Shown: positions 40,884-50,996, counted from the first letter of the stretch. The stretch is DNA of 51,351 bases from Armatimonadota bacterium (GCA_037445735.1 JBBIJY010000021.1:1-51351), one strand, 5' to 3'. Notes: generated by a model not told the origin, from the letters alone. Numbers and translations: made by a program.

Positions 40884-41414
40884 ATGAAGGAGGAATTGAT
40901 TGAGAGTCGCGTGCTGTATCGGGGGCGCGTGGTGACCCTTCGCCTCGATACGGTGCGCCTGCCCAACGGCACGATTGCCCAGCGAGAGATTGTGGAGCAC
41001 CGGGGCGCGGTGGCGATTGTGCCGCTTATGGATGCCGACACCGTGCTGCTCATTCGCCAGTATCGGCAGGCGGTCGGTGAAACCCTGCTCGAAATCCCCG
41101 CCGGCACGCTGGAGCCAGAGGAACCACCTGACCGCTGTGCCGAACGCGAACTGGAAGAAGAAACGGGCTACCGCGCGGGCAATCTGCGCCACCTGTTCAG
41201 CCAGTACCTGGCGCCCGGCTACTCGCAGGAGGTTCTGCATGTCTACTTAGCCGAGCAACTCACGCGCACCCGCCAGCAAACCGACGCCGACGAAATCGTG
41301 GAACTGGCGCCTGTGCCGCTCCAGCAGATTGAGCCGATGATTCTGAAAGGCGAAATTAAGGACGCCAAAACCATCGCGGGACTGCTGATGATGCTGAGGC
41401 TGATGAAGCGATGA
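40884..41414 (+). CDS. nudF: NUDIX hydrolase, ADP-ribose pyrophosphatase
   Basis: REIVEHRGAV, RQYR, EIPAG..CAERELEEETG Nudix box, DAKTI. Confidence 0.9.
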   Translation: MKEELIESRVLYRGRVVTLRLDTVRLPNGTIAQREIVEHRGAVAIVPLMDADTVLLIRQYRQAVGETLLEIPAGTLEPEEPPDRCAERELEEETGYRAGNLRHLFSQYLAPGYSQEVLHVYLAEQLTRTRQQTDADEIVELAPVPLQQIEPMILKGEIKDAKTIAGLLMMLRLMKR

Positions 41415-42478
41415 AAAAGCTGAGCGAGATTCGCGCCCGAATCGACGAGATCGATGCGCAGCTGCTAACGCTGCTGAACGAGCGTGCCCGCTGTGCGCTG
41501 GAGATTGGCGCACTCAAACGCAACGCGAACAAGCCCTACTTCACGCCCGAACGCGAGCAGAGCATCTATCGCCGCCTGCAGAAGCTCAACACGGGTCCGC
41601 TCAGCCCTGAACAGCTGATGGCAATCTTCCGGGAGATTATCTCGGTGGCGCGCGCGCTCGAAAAATCGCTCACGGTGGCGTTCTGGGGACCCGAGGGCAC
41701 CTTTAGCCATCTGGCGGCGGTGCAGTGCTTCGGGCGCTCGGCGCAGTTCCTGGCAGTGGAGAGCATTCCCGATGTGTTCGCAGAGGTGGAGAAGTCGCAC
41801 GCCGACTATGGCGTGGTGCCCGTGGAGAACTCGCTGGCGGGCGTCGTGCCCGAAACGCTGGACACCTTCCCCCACACCAATGTGCGAATCTGCATGGAAC
41901 TCTATGTGCCGATTGTGCATCATCTGCTGTCGCGCTGTCGGCGGCTGGAGTCGGTTCAGCGGGTGTACGCGGGACCCCAGCCGCTCCAGCAGTGCCGCCG
42001 CTGGCTCCGCATGCACCTGCCCACTGCGGAGCTGATTGAGGTCTCTCCGACGGTCAAAGCCGCCCAACGCGCGCTGGACGACCCGCGCGGCGCCGCGATT
42101 GGCAACGCGCTCACCGCCGAGCTGCTGGACATCCCCATCCTGTGCGAGCATATTGAAGACAACCCGCATAACCGCACGCGCTTTCTGGTGATTGGCTATA
42201 ATGAGCCTGCGCCCACTGGCAGGGACAAGACCTCCCTGCTGTTCACGCTGCGCAATCGTCCGGGCGAACTCTATCACGCGCTGGGCGCTTTCGAGCGCAA
42301 CGGCGTCAATATGACCATGATCGAATCGCGCCCGAACCCGCGCGGCACCTTCGAGTACCTCTTTTTCGTGGACATTCAGGGGCACTATCGGGACGAGGCG
42401 GTTCAGCGCGCCCTGCGCGAGCTGGAAACCTGCGCCCTGGAGGTGGTGCTGCTCGGTTCCTACCCCGCCGCCGAGTAG
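41411..42478 (+). CDS. pheA: Chorismate mutase / prephenate dehydratase (P-protein)
   Basis: IRARIDEID..LLNER, GPEGTFSH, VPVENS, NRTRF, IESRP, LGSYP. Confidence 0.96.
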   Translation: MKKLSEIRARIDEIDAQLLTLLNERARCALEIGALKRNANKPYFTPEREQSIYRRLQKLNTGPLSPEQLMAIFREIISVARALEKSLTVAFWGPEGTFSHLAAVQCFGRSAQFLAVESIPDVFAEVEKSHADYGVVPVENSLAGVVPETLDTFPHTNVRICMELYVPIVHHLLSRCRRLESVQRVYAGPQPLQQCRRWLRMHLPTAELIEVSPTVKAAQRALDDPRGAAIGNALTAELLDIPILCEHIEDNPHNRTRFLVIGYNEPAPTGRDKTSLLFTLRNRPGELYHALGAFERNGVNMTMIESRPNPRGTFEYLFFVDIQGHYRDEAVQRALRELETCALEVVLLGSYPAAE

Positions 42479-42483
42479 CAGAC

Positions 42484-42822
42484 TTATCCCTGCAAACGAC
42501 CAAGCATCTGCTCTATCGCGGATTTCAGAGCAGGAATATCTTGCTGAATCGTATCCCAAACAATATCTGTGTCAATATCGAAATAGCCGTGTACCAGAAT
42601 ATTGCGCATACCAATAATCTGGCTCCATGGTACTTCGGGGGCAAGGGCGCGAACATCCTCGGGCAACGCACGCGCCGCCTCACCGATAATCCGCAGGTGG
42701 TACAAAAACCAAACCTGGAGCATCTCATCTTGCTCAAAAGACTTTCGGTTGACACCTTTGTAGCGTTCGATAGCATCAATCGCTTGTAAAATATCCTGCA
42801 ATCGCTCCTTAACATCTCTCAT
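42484..42822 (-). CDS. HepT-like (DUF86) HEPN RNase toxin
   Basis: IIGEAA, PWSQIIGMRNILVHGY (Rx4HxY). Confidence 0.9.
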   Translation of the reverse strand: MRDVKERLQDILQAIDAIERYKGVNRKSFEQDEMLQVWFLYHLRIIGEAARALPEDVRALAPEVPWSQIIGMRNILVHGYFDIDTDIVWDTIQQDIPALKSAIEQMLGRLQG

Positions 42823-43145
42823 AAAGGGATTGCCTCTTTCAATACGCGATCACGGATTCGGGTCTTAAGCCCTTTCGGGGTCACCACATCCACGCGGCGG
42901 TTCAGCAGAGCCTCCAGCTCCAGCTGAAGACCGCCGAGGTCAAGAAGGGTTCGTCCAGGCTCAAGTTCCACCAGCAGATCAATATCGCTGGCTTCATCGG
43001 CTTCGTTGCGTGCGATGGAACCAAAGAGGCGCACATTGCGCGCCCCATATTTGGCACAGATTCGCAAAATCTCGGCTCGCTTCGCTCGCAGCTGTTCGCG
43101 GAGCGAGGCGGCTTTATTCCTGGACGCAATCGCTGAATGTCCCAT
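42819..43145 (-). CDS. MntA-like minimal nucleotidyltransferase antitoxin
   Basis: LFGSIARNEADEASDIDLLV (GSx10DxD); overlaps the toxin start. Start uncertain (43145-43190). Confidence 0.9.
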   Translation of the reverse strand: MGHSAIASRNKAASLREQLRAKRAEILRICAKYGARNVRLFGSIARNEADEASDIDLLVELEPGRTLLDLGGLQLELEALLNRRVDVVTPKGLKTRIRDRVLKEAIPL

Positions 43146-43199
43146 AGACTTAACGCTACCCATGATACCCTTTCCAGCGTGGTTTGACAAAGCAGAGAG

Positions 43200-44840
43200 C
43201 TACCGCCCTTCCACATACGCTTTCAGCCCGCGTACGATGGCGTCGGCAATTGCGTCCTGAAACTGCGGGTCCAGCAGCTTTTTGCGGTCGTACCAGTGGT
43301 TCAGGAAGCCGACCTCAATCAGCACGGCAGGCATCTGGCTGGTGCGCAGCACGGCTAACCCGCTCTGATAGAGGGTGGTGTCGGAGCGCACGCCTTTGGA
43401 GGGTAGCCCGCTGACCCTGACAATCTCGTTCAGAATCGCCTGCCCCAGCGCACGGCTGTCCGCATCATCGCGATGGTAGTAGATGGTGGTGCCCGACGCG
43501 GAGTTCGGACGGGCATTCGAATCGCAGTGGATGCTGATGAAGAAGTGCGCGCCCGCCTGATTCGCCATCGCGGTGCGCTCATAAAGCCCAATATGGGCAT
43601 CTTCGGCGCGGGTCATAATCACGCTTGCGCCCTGACGCGCCAGCCGCTCGGCGACTTTCAGCCCTATTGCCAGCGTGATCTCCTTCTCGTAGATGGTGCG
43701 CTTGCCTTCGGTGAAGCGGGCGCCAGGGCGATGACCGCCGTGACCAGGATCAATCACGATAATCTTCTGGCGCAGGCTTCCCCCAGCGCCACGCGGCATG
43801 CGCAGGTTCACGGTGAGCTGATTCTTGCCCGTGAGCAGGTTCACACCGACCGCCCGTGTCAGCTCCAGCACGAGGCGCACCATGCCGTTGCCCAGCGGCG
43901 CCGCGCGCATCGCCCGCACCAGCAACCGCTCGTCATCAATCGCCTGCTCGACGGCTTCGGACAGCACGCCGGGCACATCCAGCACAATTCGGATGGGGTT
44001 CTCCAGAAACATCAGGCGCGGGCGCGTGCCCTCCGGGATAGAGAGACGAATCTGCACGCCATCTCGACTGCGCTCCAGCGCGGGCAGGGTGAACACGCTA
44101 ACAGGTGGTTGAGGCGGCGGCTGAGCAATCTGCACGGGCTGATCGCGCAACGCGAGCGTCCATTCGGCGGCAGTCCCTTCCAGACGCAGGCTGATGGGTG
44201 CATCGGTTTCCAGCACCACGCGCGTGGTCTGCGGGTCGAACTGCCCGATGCGCACGGCTTTCACGCGCGGGTGTGAGCCTTCGGGCGTGGGTGGTTCATC
44301 GGGGATGCGGCAACCGATGAGATCGATCACCACGCGCGGCGGATCGGTCAGCGTGAAGGCTTTCCAGAGAACAGGCAGGCTCGTGCGCAGATGGATGCCG
44401 CTGGAATCGGCGCTGAGCTGAACTGCCTGCAGCCCTGCCAGCACCGTCAGAGTGCGCTGTTCAGCGTCCCAGCGGGTGAAGCCGCCCAGCGCCTGCACCA
44501 GCCGACGCAGGGGCACGCACGGCAACGCAACCGTGTCATATTCCGCAGGCTCGAACGATTGGAGCTCGATCGGCACGAGCGGTCGCACTTCGACGGATTG
44601 ATCGGAGTTGCCGGGCGTTTCCGATAGGTTCGGCTCCAGCACTTCAGGCGGGATACCCACCGCCTGCAGGTGCATCACGGGCAGCCACAGCTCCTGCCCG
44701 TCCCAGAGGGGTGGCGGCTGCAGCGAGAGGGTCTCGCCGCGCACGCGCAAGTTCGCTGGCTGAAGGTCGGCGCCCCAGCCTGCCACTATCAGCAACCACA
44801 ATCCCATCCACAGCCTGCGCATGTCCCAAGCCCCATTCAT
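43200..44840 (-). CDS. N-acetylmuramoyl-L-alanine amidase (Amidase_3) with AMIN domains
   Basis: IDPGHGG, EKEITL, FISIHCD, AVLIEVGFL; AMIN motifs DPPRVVIDL and RIGQF..TTRVVLE; signal peptide. Confidence 0.92.
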   Translation of the reverse strand: MNGAWDMRRLWMGLWLLIVAGWGADLQPANLRVRGETLSLQPPPLWDGQELWLPVMHLQAVGIPPEVLEPNLSETPGNSDQSVEVRPLVPIELQSFEPAEYDTVALPCVPLRRLVQALGGFTRWDAEQRTLTVLAGLQAVQLSADSSGIHLRTSLPVLWKAFTLTDPPRVVIDLIGCRIPDEPPTPEGSHPRVKAVRIGQFDPQTTRVVLETDAPISLRLEGTAAEWTLALRDQPVQIAQPPPQPPVSVFTLPALERSRDGVQIRLSIPEGTRPRLMFLENPIRIVLDVPGVLSEAVEQAIDDERLLVRAMRAAPLGNGMVRLVLELTRAVGVNLLTGKNQLTVNLRMPRGAGGSLRQKIIVIDPGHGGHRPGARFTEGKRTIYEKEITLAIGLKVAERLARQGASVIMTRAEDAHIGLYERTAMANQAGAHFFISIHCDSNARPNSASGTTIYYHRDDADSRALGQAILNEIVRVSGLPSKGVRSDTTLYQSGLAVLRTSQMPAVLIEVGFLNHWYDRKKLLDPQFQDAIADAIVRGLKAYVEGR

Positions 44841-44954
44841 GGCGGCTCAATGGCGGCTTGAGTGTACCCCTCAAGCCACACCCTATACTTTACCCTTTCT
44901 GCAACGGCGCTGGGCATGCGGAATGGGAGGCGGCATCGGGTATACTGATGGGGC

Positions 44955-45085
44955 TGGAGGGGAGTAGCGCCTGCTTCAGCAGCAGGGATGGGCATCGTCA
45001 GGACGCTGCCTCGGCAGCCGGTGCCTATCATGAAACAGCGAGACCTCCATCGCTCTGGTGCAGGGCGGTGGAGGTCTCGCCTTTT
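44955..45085 (+). promoter_or_regulatory. yybP-ykoY (Mn2+) riboswitch with intrinsic terminator
   Basis: GGGGAGUAGC...CGUCAGGAC...GCGAGACC aptamer hallmarks; terminator stem GCGAGACCUCCAUCGC/GCGGUGGAGGUCUCGC-CUUUU; -10 GGTATACT just upstream; sits before a TerC gene. Confidence 0.88.
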
Positions 45086-45100
45086 ATATGGGAGGCATGG

Positions 45101-46039
45101 ATGGAAACGACGGCGGTCTTCTGGGCAATCTTTGGCGTGGTGGTCGGCACCTGTATTGCGATCGATCTGTTCGTGTTTCACCGTCGGGCGCACGAGGTGC
45201 GCTTCCGTGAAGCACTGGCGTGGGCGATTACCTGGGTCACGCTCGCGGGGCTGTTCAATCTGGGCATCTACTTCTGGCACGGCAAGCAGCGAGCGGTGGA
45301 GTTCCTTGCAGCCTATCTGGTGGAGCTGTCGCTGAGCGTGGATAACCTGTTCGTGTTTCTGGTGATTTTCACCTACTTTCGGGTGCCAGCCGCTTATCAG
45401 CATCGGGTGCTGTTCTGGGGCGTGATTGGCGCACTGGTGATGCGTGCGATCTTTATCATGACGGGGCTGACCCTGCTGAACCTCTTTCACTGGATGGTGT
45501 ATGTGTTCGGGGCGATTCTGATCCTCACAGGGTTGCGGCTGGTGCTGAAGCCGTCGGAGGAGGTGGAGATCGAACGCAATCTGGTCCTGCGCATCGCCCG
45601 CCGCCTGATACCTGTTACGCCCGACTATCGCGGGCAGCACTTTTTTGTGCGCTGGCACGGGCGCATCGCCGCCACCCCGCTGTTCATCACGCTGCTGATG
45701 GTGGAAAGCACCGATCTCATGTTCGCCATCGACTCGGTGCCCGCTGCGCTGGCGATTTCGCAGGATCCGTTCGTGGTGTACACCTCCAACGCGCTGGCGG
45801 TGCTGGGATTGCGCTCGTTTTTCTTCGTGCTATCGGGCTTCATGAGCGCGCTCTCCTACCTGCATTACGGCTTGTCGCTGATTCTGGCGTTTATCGGTGT
45901 AAAGATGATACTGTCGCCGTTTTACAAGATTCCGACGGGCTGGTCACTAACGGTGATTGCGAGTGTGTTGCTGGTCACGGTTCTGCTATCGCTGCTGTTC
46001 CCGCCCAAAACGCCTGTGGAGGAGACCAGCGAACCATAA
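45101..46039 (+). CDS. TerC/Alx-family membrane protein (Mn2+ homeostasis)
   Basis: ELSLSVDNLFVF, QHRVLFWG..GALVMR, ESTDLMFAIDSVPA, YTSN..LGLRS; start ATG 45101 after GGAGG. Confidence 0.94.
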   Translation: METTAVFWAIFGVVVGTCIAIDLFVFHRRAHEVRFREALAWAITWVTLAGLFNLGIYFWHGKQRAVEFLAAYLVELSLSVDNLFVFLVIFTYFRVPAAYQHRVLFWGVIGALVMRAIFIMTGLTLLNLFHWMVYVFGAILILTGLRLVLKPSEEVEIERNLVLRIARRLIPVTPDYRGQHFFVRWHGRIAATPLFITLLMVESTDLMFAIDSVPAALAISQDPFVVYTSNALAVLGLRSFFFVLSGFMSALSYLHYGLSLILAFIGVKMILSPFYKIPTGWSLTVIASVLLVTVLLSLLFPPKTPVEETSEP

Positions 46040-46047
46040 GCGGGCTT

Positions 46048-47409
46048 CTACCAGCGCACGCGCTCCAGCAGGGGGTTATCGCAAGGGGCGCGACCCTCTT
46101 TGGCGAGCGGAACCCATTCGCCATCGATTTCCACACGCACTACATCGGCGGTGAAGTCGGTGTTGGTACCCTCCAGACTGCTGTTGTTGAAGAAGGCGGA
46201 GCCAACGCCGTAAATATCGACGGGCGCGCCCCGCGCTTCGAATTCGCGAATGCGTCGCTCGTTGAACCCGCCTGTCGCCACGATTTTGATCTGGCGGCAC
46301 CACTCGGCAGCCCGTGCGCGCCACTCAGCGGGCAAGCCCCACGATTGCCACGCGCTATCGAGCGCCTCGCGCAGCGCGACAATCAGGCGCGGATTGACCC
46401 CATACAGGTCGGGCGAATCGGGCAGATGCTGAAGGCTGCGATCGCGCAGCTCGGCAGCGGTATCGGGGCGAACGCCATAGAGTGTGTAGCGACGGGCGCT
46501 CTCCGCATCGCCCCGATCCATCGCCTGCCGATAACGCTCAAAAAAGGCGCGGGCAACCGACAGGGCAGTGTTCACGCAATCGTTATCGAAGTCGACCAGC
46601 GCAATGCGGGGCACTTCGGGCGGCAGGATGCGGGCAAACTGCAGCATCAGCTCCACCGTGTCGCCCAGGAAGGTGGCAATCATCGCGTGGGCGACCGTGC
46701 CGCTGGCGCGACCGCCCCATAACGACGCCTGCGCCGACGTGGACACTATCGCAGGCACCTGCTTGCCCGTGTCATGGTTGTAGCGCTGGACACCGATGTA
46801 GTACGCATAGCCGTCGATGGCTTGCGTGGCGGGCAGGTCGAAGCGGGCAGGGAAGAAGAGAATTGGCTTGCCTCCTGCCGCTTCCATCAGGCGGTAGGTG
46901 TTGGTCGCGATTCGGCTGGCGCGGGTCAACACGCCCAGCGTGGGCGTCTCCAGAATCGCGAAGTCGCGATAGCGCCCGCGCACGCGCAGAACAGGCGAAA
47001 CCTGCAGCGGGTCGCCCTCATAGGGCACCCGATCGCCGTCCTGAACAGCCTCCACCTCCAGCTGATGCGCTGTGTGGATGAAGCCGCCGCTCTCGTCCCA
47101 GTAGCCTGTACACTGCTGGAGGATGGCAAGCGCGATGTCGACGCCCGCCACAACGGTGAAGGGTTTGCGCCGCGGGAACCACTGCATCTCCACGCGCTGG
47201 TCGCCTGTGGGCACGGGTGGGGTGGGCGAGCGACCCAGCGATTCCAGACGGTGTGAACGCCCGCTGAAGCGATAGCCCTCGCGCGCGAGCGTGGTCAAAA
47301 TGTGCGCCCCGTTCCAGAAATAGCGGTCGGAATAGTCGCCGCGGCGCAGTCCATCCCAGTCCAGATTGAGTTCCCCTGCCTGCAACCGCCTGCCATCAAA
47401 GCGTGCCAT
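46048..47409 (-). CDS. Nicotinate phosphoribosyltransferase-like protein
   Basis: YSDRYF, FAILET, FFPARFD, GTVAHAMI (phospho-His position), LVDFDND, GVRPDT, ATGGF, YGVGS, AKEGR. Confidence 0.78.
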   Translation of the reverse strand: MARFDGRRLQAGELNLDWDGLRRGDYSDRYFWNGAHILTTLAREGYRFSGRSHRLESLGRSPTPPVPTGDQRVEMQWFPRRKPFTVVAGVDIALAILQQCTGYWDESGGFIHTAHQLEVEAVQDGDRVPYEGDPLQVSPVLRVRGRYRDFAILETPTLGVLTRASRIATNTYRLMEAAGGKPILFFPARFDLPATQAIDGYAYYIGVQRYNHDTGKQVPAIVSTSAQASLWGGRASGTVAHAMIATFLGDTVELMLQFARILPPEVPRIALVDFDNDCVNTALSVARAFFERYRQAMDRGDAESARRYTLYGVRPDTAAELRDRSLQHLPDSPDLYGVNPRLIVALREALDSAWQSWGLPAEWRARAAEWCRQIKIVATGGFNERRIREFEARGAPVDIYGVGSAFFNNSSLEGTNTDFTADVVRVEIDGEWVPLAKEGRAPCDNPLLERVRW

Positions 47410-47439
47410 TTAAGTGAGATTGTACCTGCTGTCGCACAA

Positions 47440-47476
47440 TCCCCTACCTCCTTCCGGGCGAAGGGGGCAAGGGGTT
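47440..47476. repeat. Degenerate REP-like element
   Basis: cccctacctccttccgggcgaagggggcaagggg shares the agggggcaagggg tail with the 4612-4690 element. Confidence 0.4.
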
Positions 47477-47506
47477 TACTCTACCGCCCTCACACTCATC
47501 GGGCGA

Positions 47507-47533
47507 ACAGGAACATCGCCGGGCGTCGCGAAT
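47507..47533 (+). promoter_or_regulatory. Putative SigH-like promoter ACAGGA-N16-CGAAT
   Basis: Same spacing as three other copies; precedes the SD GGAGGG. Confidence 0.5.
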
Positions 47534-47555
47534 CGCTTCGGTGGAGGGAGAAACG

Positions 47556-48386
47556 ATGCATGTTGGCATTTTGACGGCTCCGTTTGGGCGCGAGCCGCTG
47601 GAGATGGTGTTCCAGTTCGCGGCGCAACACGGCTTCCGCACGCTGGAGCTGGCGTGTGGCTACGGGCATCCGCACCTTGACCTTGAGAAGCCCGATACCG
47701 ACACCCTCCAGCGATTGATGGAGCGCTACAATGTGGGGCTATCGGCAATCGCCTTCTACACGAACAATACCCATCCCGACCCGCAGGAGCGCAGGCGCAA
47801 TAATGAGGGCGTGCGCCGCGCCATCGATATCGCCCACTCGCTCGGAATCGGCATCGTCTGCACGCTGGCGGGGCATCCCGTGCCCGGCAAAAGCAAAATG
47901 CAGACTATCGAGGAAGATTGCGTCGCCGTGTTCACGCCCCTGGTGGAGTACGCGGGGGAAAAGGGGGTGCAGATCGCGCTCGAAAACTGGTTCGCCACCA
48001 ACATTCAGGCGCTCGATCACTGGCAGCGGCTGTTCGAGGTGGTGCCCCATCCCAACTTCGGACTGAACTTCGACCCGTCGCACCTGCTGTGGCAGCAGAT
48101 CGATTACATTAACGCCGTCTATCTGTTCGGCTCGCGCATCTTCCACACGCACGCCAAGGACACCGAGATTATGCGTCAGCGGCTGGAATATGTGGGCAAT
48201 CAGGGCAGTGGCTGGTGGCGCTATGTGATTCCCGGGCTGGGCGCGGTGCGCTGGGGCGAGTATATTGGCGCGCTGCGGCGCGTCGGCTACAACGGCGTGT
48301 TATCCATCGAACACGAAGACAGCGCGCTCGGACGCGAGGAGGGCTTCCTCATCGGCAAACGCTATCTGGAGCAGTTCATCGCGTAG
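47556..48386 (+). CDS. Sugar phosphate isomerase/epimerase (xylose-isomerase-like TIM barrel)
   Basis: IALEN, GLNFDPSHL, HTHAKD, LSIEHED metal ligands. Confidence 0.9.
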   Translation: MHVGILTAPFGREPLEMVFQFAAQHGFRTLELACGYGHPHLDLEKPDTDTLQRLMERYNVGLSAIAFYTNNTHPDPQERRRNNEGVRRAIDIAHSLGIGIVCTLAGHPVPGKSKMQTIEEDCVAVFTPLVEYAGEKGVQIALENWFATNIQALDHWQRLFEVVPHPNFGLNFDPSHLLWQQIDYINAVYLFGSRIFHTHAKDTEIMRQRLEYVGNQGSGWWRYVIPGLGAVRWGEYIGALRRVGYNGVLSIEHEDSALGREEGFLIGKRYLEQFIA

Positions 48387-50955
48387 TGTAGCGGATGGGG
48401 TTCGTAAAAGAGAGCGGATAGGTGTTCGGGTAAAGCGCGAGGAACCGCTCGCCCTTAACCAGCAGGATGAGCCAGCCGCTGGGCGCGGGCAGCTTCACCT
48501 CCAGCATGCGCTTGAAGTTCAGCGGCGCATTCGCAGGCTGATCGAGCGCGACCTCCTGCACCACTGTGCCGTTCACAATCACCTGCAGCGTGTTCACCCG
48601 CACCCACGAGGGCGCCCGCACCTCCACATTCAGGCGGATGGTGCTGCCGCTCAGGGGAATGGTCTCGCCAATACGGTAGGTGCGTCGCGGGTTCGCAGGG
48701 TCAGCGGCGGTAAAGCTCAACACCGCGCCGCCACACACCACCACATCGCCCTTCCGCATCGCGGCGGTCAGTGCAGCGGGCGTCACCCGACGCGGCTCAC
48801 GATGACCGAAGTAAATATAGGTGCGCGGGAAGCCCGGCTCCAGCCGATAGGCGTGATGGCTGTCGGTGTTGCCCACAGCCAGATAGCGCTTACCCTGATT
48901 CAGAAAGTAAAACCAGTCCTGCATCACCTGCTGCGCCGTGACCACATCGGTGCCGTTCAGCACTTCGATGGCGTCAAAGGCATCGGCGAACTCGTTGGGC
49001 TTGCTCATCGCGCCTGTTTTTGGATCGAGCCCCACATAGGCGAAGTAGCCCATGCCCACCGAGCGCGGATGGTTCACCTGCACGATCACATCGCCCTCGT
49101 AGTTGCGTCGTGCAGCTTCAAAAATCTGCGCCGCGTTCAGGTCGTACCAGACCACCGCGCCATTATTGGGCAGGTCGGGATCGTAGCGTTGCGGATAGGC
49201 GTTGAAGTGCCCCAGCGCCCAGATGGGTGTAATCTCCGTGCCCACGATGGAGGTAATCTGGTTCTGCACGCCCAGCTGTCGGATGACAGGCATATAGTCG
49301 GTGTTGATATCGTGGTCGGTGGCGGTCAGAATCTGCACGCCCGCTGCCAGATATGCCTTCACTTTGTCGGCGAGGTAGTCGTTCGAATCGGGCGATGGGA
49401 TGGCATGCACATGGAAGTCGCCGCTGAGGTAGCCTGGCATCGGCGCGGTCTGGGGCAGGACGGCTTCGAACCGTTCGCGCTGGCCCGCGCTGAGTTCCAG
49501 CTCGCGCTGGGCGACTTCGTATTCGAAGCCGTGCATGAGCGTGATGCGGTATCTGCCTGGCTCCACAGGGATGGTCTCGCTGCCCGTGAGGCTGAAATAG
49601 ACGCACTCGAAGCGCCCGAAGTCGCCCTCTTCGCCGTACAGCACACGCTCCGGGTTGGGCATCCTGCCGCCGAGCCGCTCGAACACCACCGCGCAGGGCA
49701 GCGGGCGTCGACGGTCGTCCATCACGCGGAAGCTCAGCTGTGCAGGCGCACTGAGCTGAACCGTGGGTGCCGGGTCGCCGGGCAGGCGCGTGCGGAACTC
49801 CTGCGGGCTGTGATGGTCGGCGAACACCATGCCGCGCCATTCGCCCTGAGGCAGGCGCGCAGTGAACTCGCCCTGCGAATCGGTGAGCGCGAGCGTGGTG
49901 AACCGCTCCTCGTTGTTGATGCGCTGGAACAGGTAGACCCGCGCGTCGGGTATGGGCTTGCCTGTGTTGTCCACCACGCGCCCGCGCAGAGTCTCCAGTT
50001 GCGCGTCGCTGTTCTGGAGCCGCCGCTGCTCGCGCCGAATCGTCTCCAGCTCGCCATCGGACACCGAGAACGCCCAGCGGACGCTGACGGAGCCATCGGG
50101 CGGCAGGGGCGCGTTATTCAACAAGGTGATCAGGTAAATCTCCTCCGCCTTCTGAACCTGCTGGAACTCACCCTCAAGCGGGAAGACGCCATAGCTCAGG
50201 CGCGAGCCAACATTCGCCACGAAGGGGAACGAGGCGCGAACCGTTTGTAGCAGTCCCATCAGGGGCGGTCCAGCCGCTTTGCGCAGCGCGGCAGCGGCAC
50301 TGCCGAACGGTGGCAGGTACATGCGCATGCCCTCACCCTGAATCCAGCCCAGCACCAGCGTGTAGTTCTGCGGTTTGCCCGCTGCGTTCGTCAGGCGGCA
50401 CTCGATCAGCAGGGTGGGCGTGTCGGGATAGAGCGTGCAGGTGAGCGTGGCTTTCAGCCCGATGGAGCTGCTGGGCATCCGCAACGCCTGATCCACTATC
50501 GGGAACCGTTCATCGACCGCTTCGACCTGCACAATCGCAGGCTTGTTCTCGCCACCTGCCGAGAGGATGCTCACCTTCTCGGCGCGGAGCGTGCGCGCGT
50601 TGAGCAATCCGCGCCCATCGAACGCGCCCAGAAACAGTTCGCCGAGCAGGTCGGCATCATGCCCGCCCTCGTTCAAAATCGCGTCCAGCAGGCGTCCACC
50701 GAAGCGCGAATAGCCCGATGTGCGCCGCGCGCCCGCCACCACAAAAGTCACCTGATGATTGCGCAGTACCACATCGCCCGGCTTGCCCTCCGCTTTGGGA
50801 CCGCCCGGCAGGTCGGAATCTCTGGCGATAACGGCTTCAGCAACGCCGCGAGGGGGGATGGGGATCGGTTTGAGGGGGCGTCCCGTGTCGTGCGCCATTG
50901 CGCTCACCACGATGATCAGCCATAATCCGCACAGCCAGCCCATTCGCGCCTTCAT
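48376..50955 (-). CDS. Secreted CehA/McbA-family PHP-domain metallohydrolase
   Basis: Signal peptide; GDFHVHA, TDHD, GTEIT..GHFNAYP, VNHPR, AIEVLNG, GNTDSH. Confidence 0.82.
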   Translation of the reverse strand: MKARMGWLCGLWLIIVVSAMAHDTGRPLKPIPIPPRGVAEAVIARDSDLPGGPKAEGKPGDVVLRNHQVTFVVAGARRTSGYSRFGGRLLDAILNEGGHDADLLGELFLGAFDGRGLLNARTLRAEKVSILSAGGENKPAIVQVEAVDERFPIVDQALRMPSSSIGLKATLTCTLYPDTPTLLIECRLTNAAGKPQNYTLVLGWIQGEGMRMYLPPFGSAAAALRKAAGPPLMGLLQTVRASFPFVANVGSRLSYGVFPLEGEFQQVQKAEEIYLITLLNNAPLPPDGSVSVRWAFSVSDGELETIRREQRRLQNSDAQLETLRGRVVDNTGKPIPDARVYLFQRINNEERFTTLALTDSQGEFTARLPQGEWRGMVFADHHSPQEFRTRLPGDPAPTVQLSAPAQLSFRVMDDRRRPLPCAVVFERLGGRMPNPERVLYGEEGDFGRFECVYFSLTGSETIPVEPGRYRITLMHGFEYEVAQRELELSAGQRERFEAVLPQTAPMPGYLSGDFHVHAIPSPDSNDYLADKVKAYLAAGVQILTATDHDINTDYMPVIRQLGVQNQITSIVGTEITPIWALGHFNAYPQRYDPDLPNNGAVVWYDLNAAQIFEAARRNYEGDVIVQVNHPRSVGMGYFAYVGLDPKTGAMSKPNEFADAFDAIEVLNGTDVVTAQQVMQDWFYFLNQGKRYLAVGNTDSHHAYRLEPGFPRTYIYFGHREPRRVTPAALTAAMRKGDVVVCGGAVLSFTAADPANPRRTYRIGETIPLSGSTIRLNVEVRAPSWVRVNTLQVIVNGTVVQEVALDQPANAPLNFKRMLEVKLPAPSGWLILLVKGERFLALYPNTYPLSFTNPIRYTTR

Positions 50956-50996
50956 CACCGTTGCTCCTTCTGACACGGGTGAGAAGACCACAAAAA

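Noticed and set aside
44711-45100. 130-aa N-terminal extension of TerC
   Set aside because: Spans the divergent amidase start, the promoter and the riboswitch; the true start is 45101.
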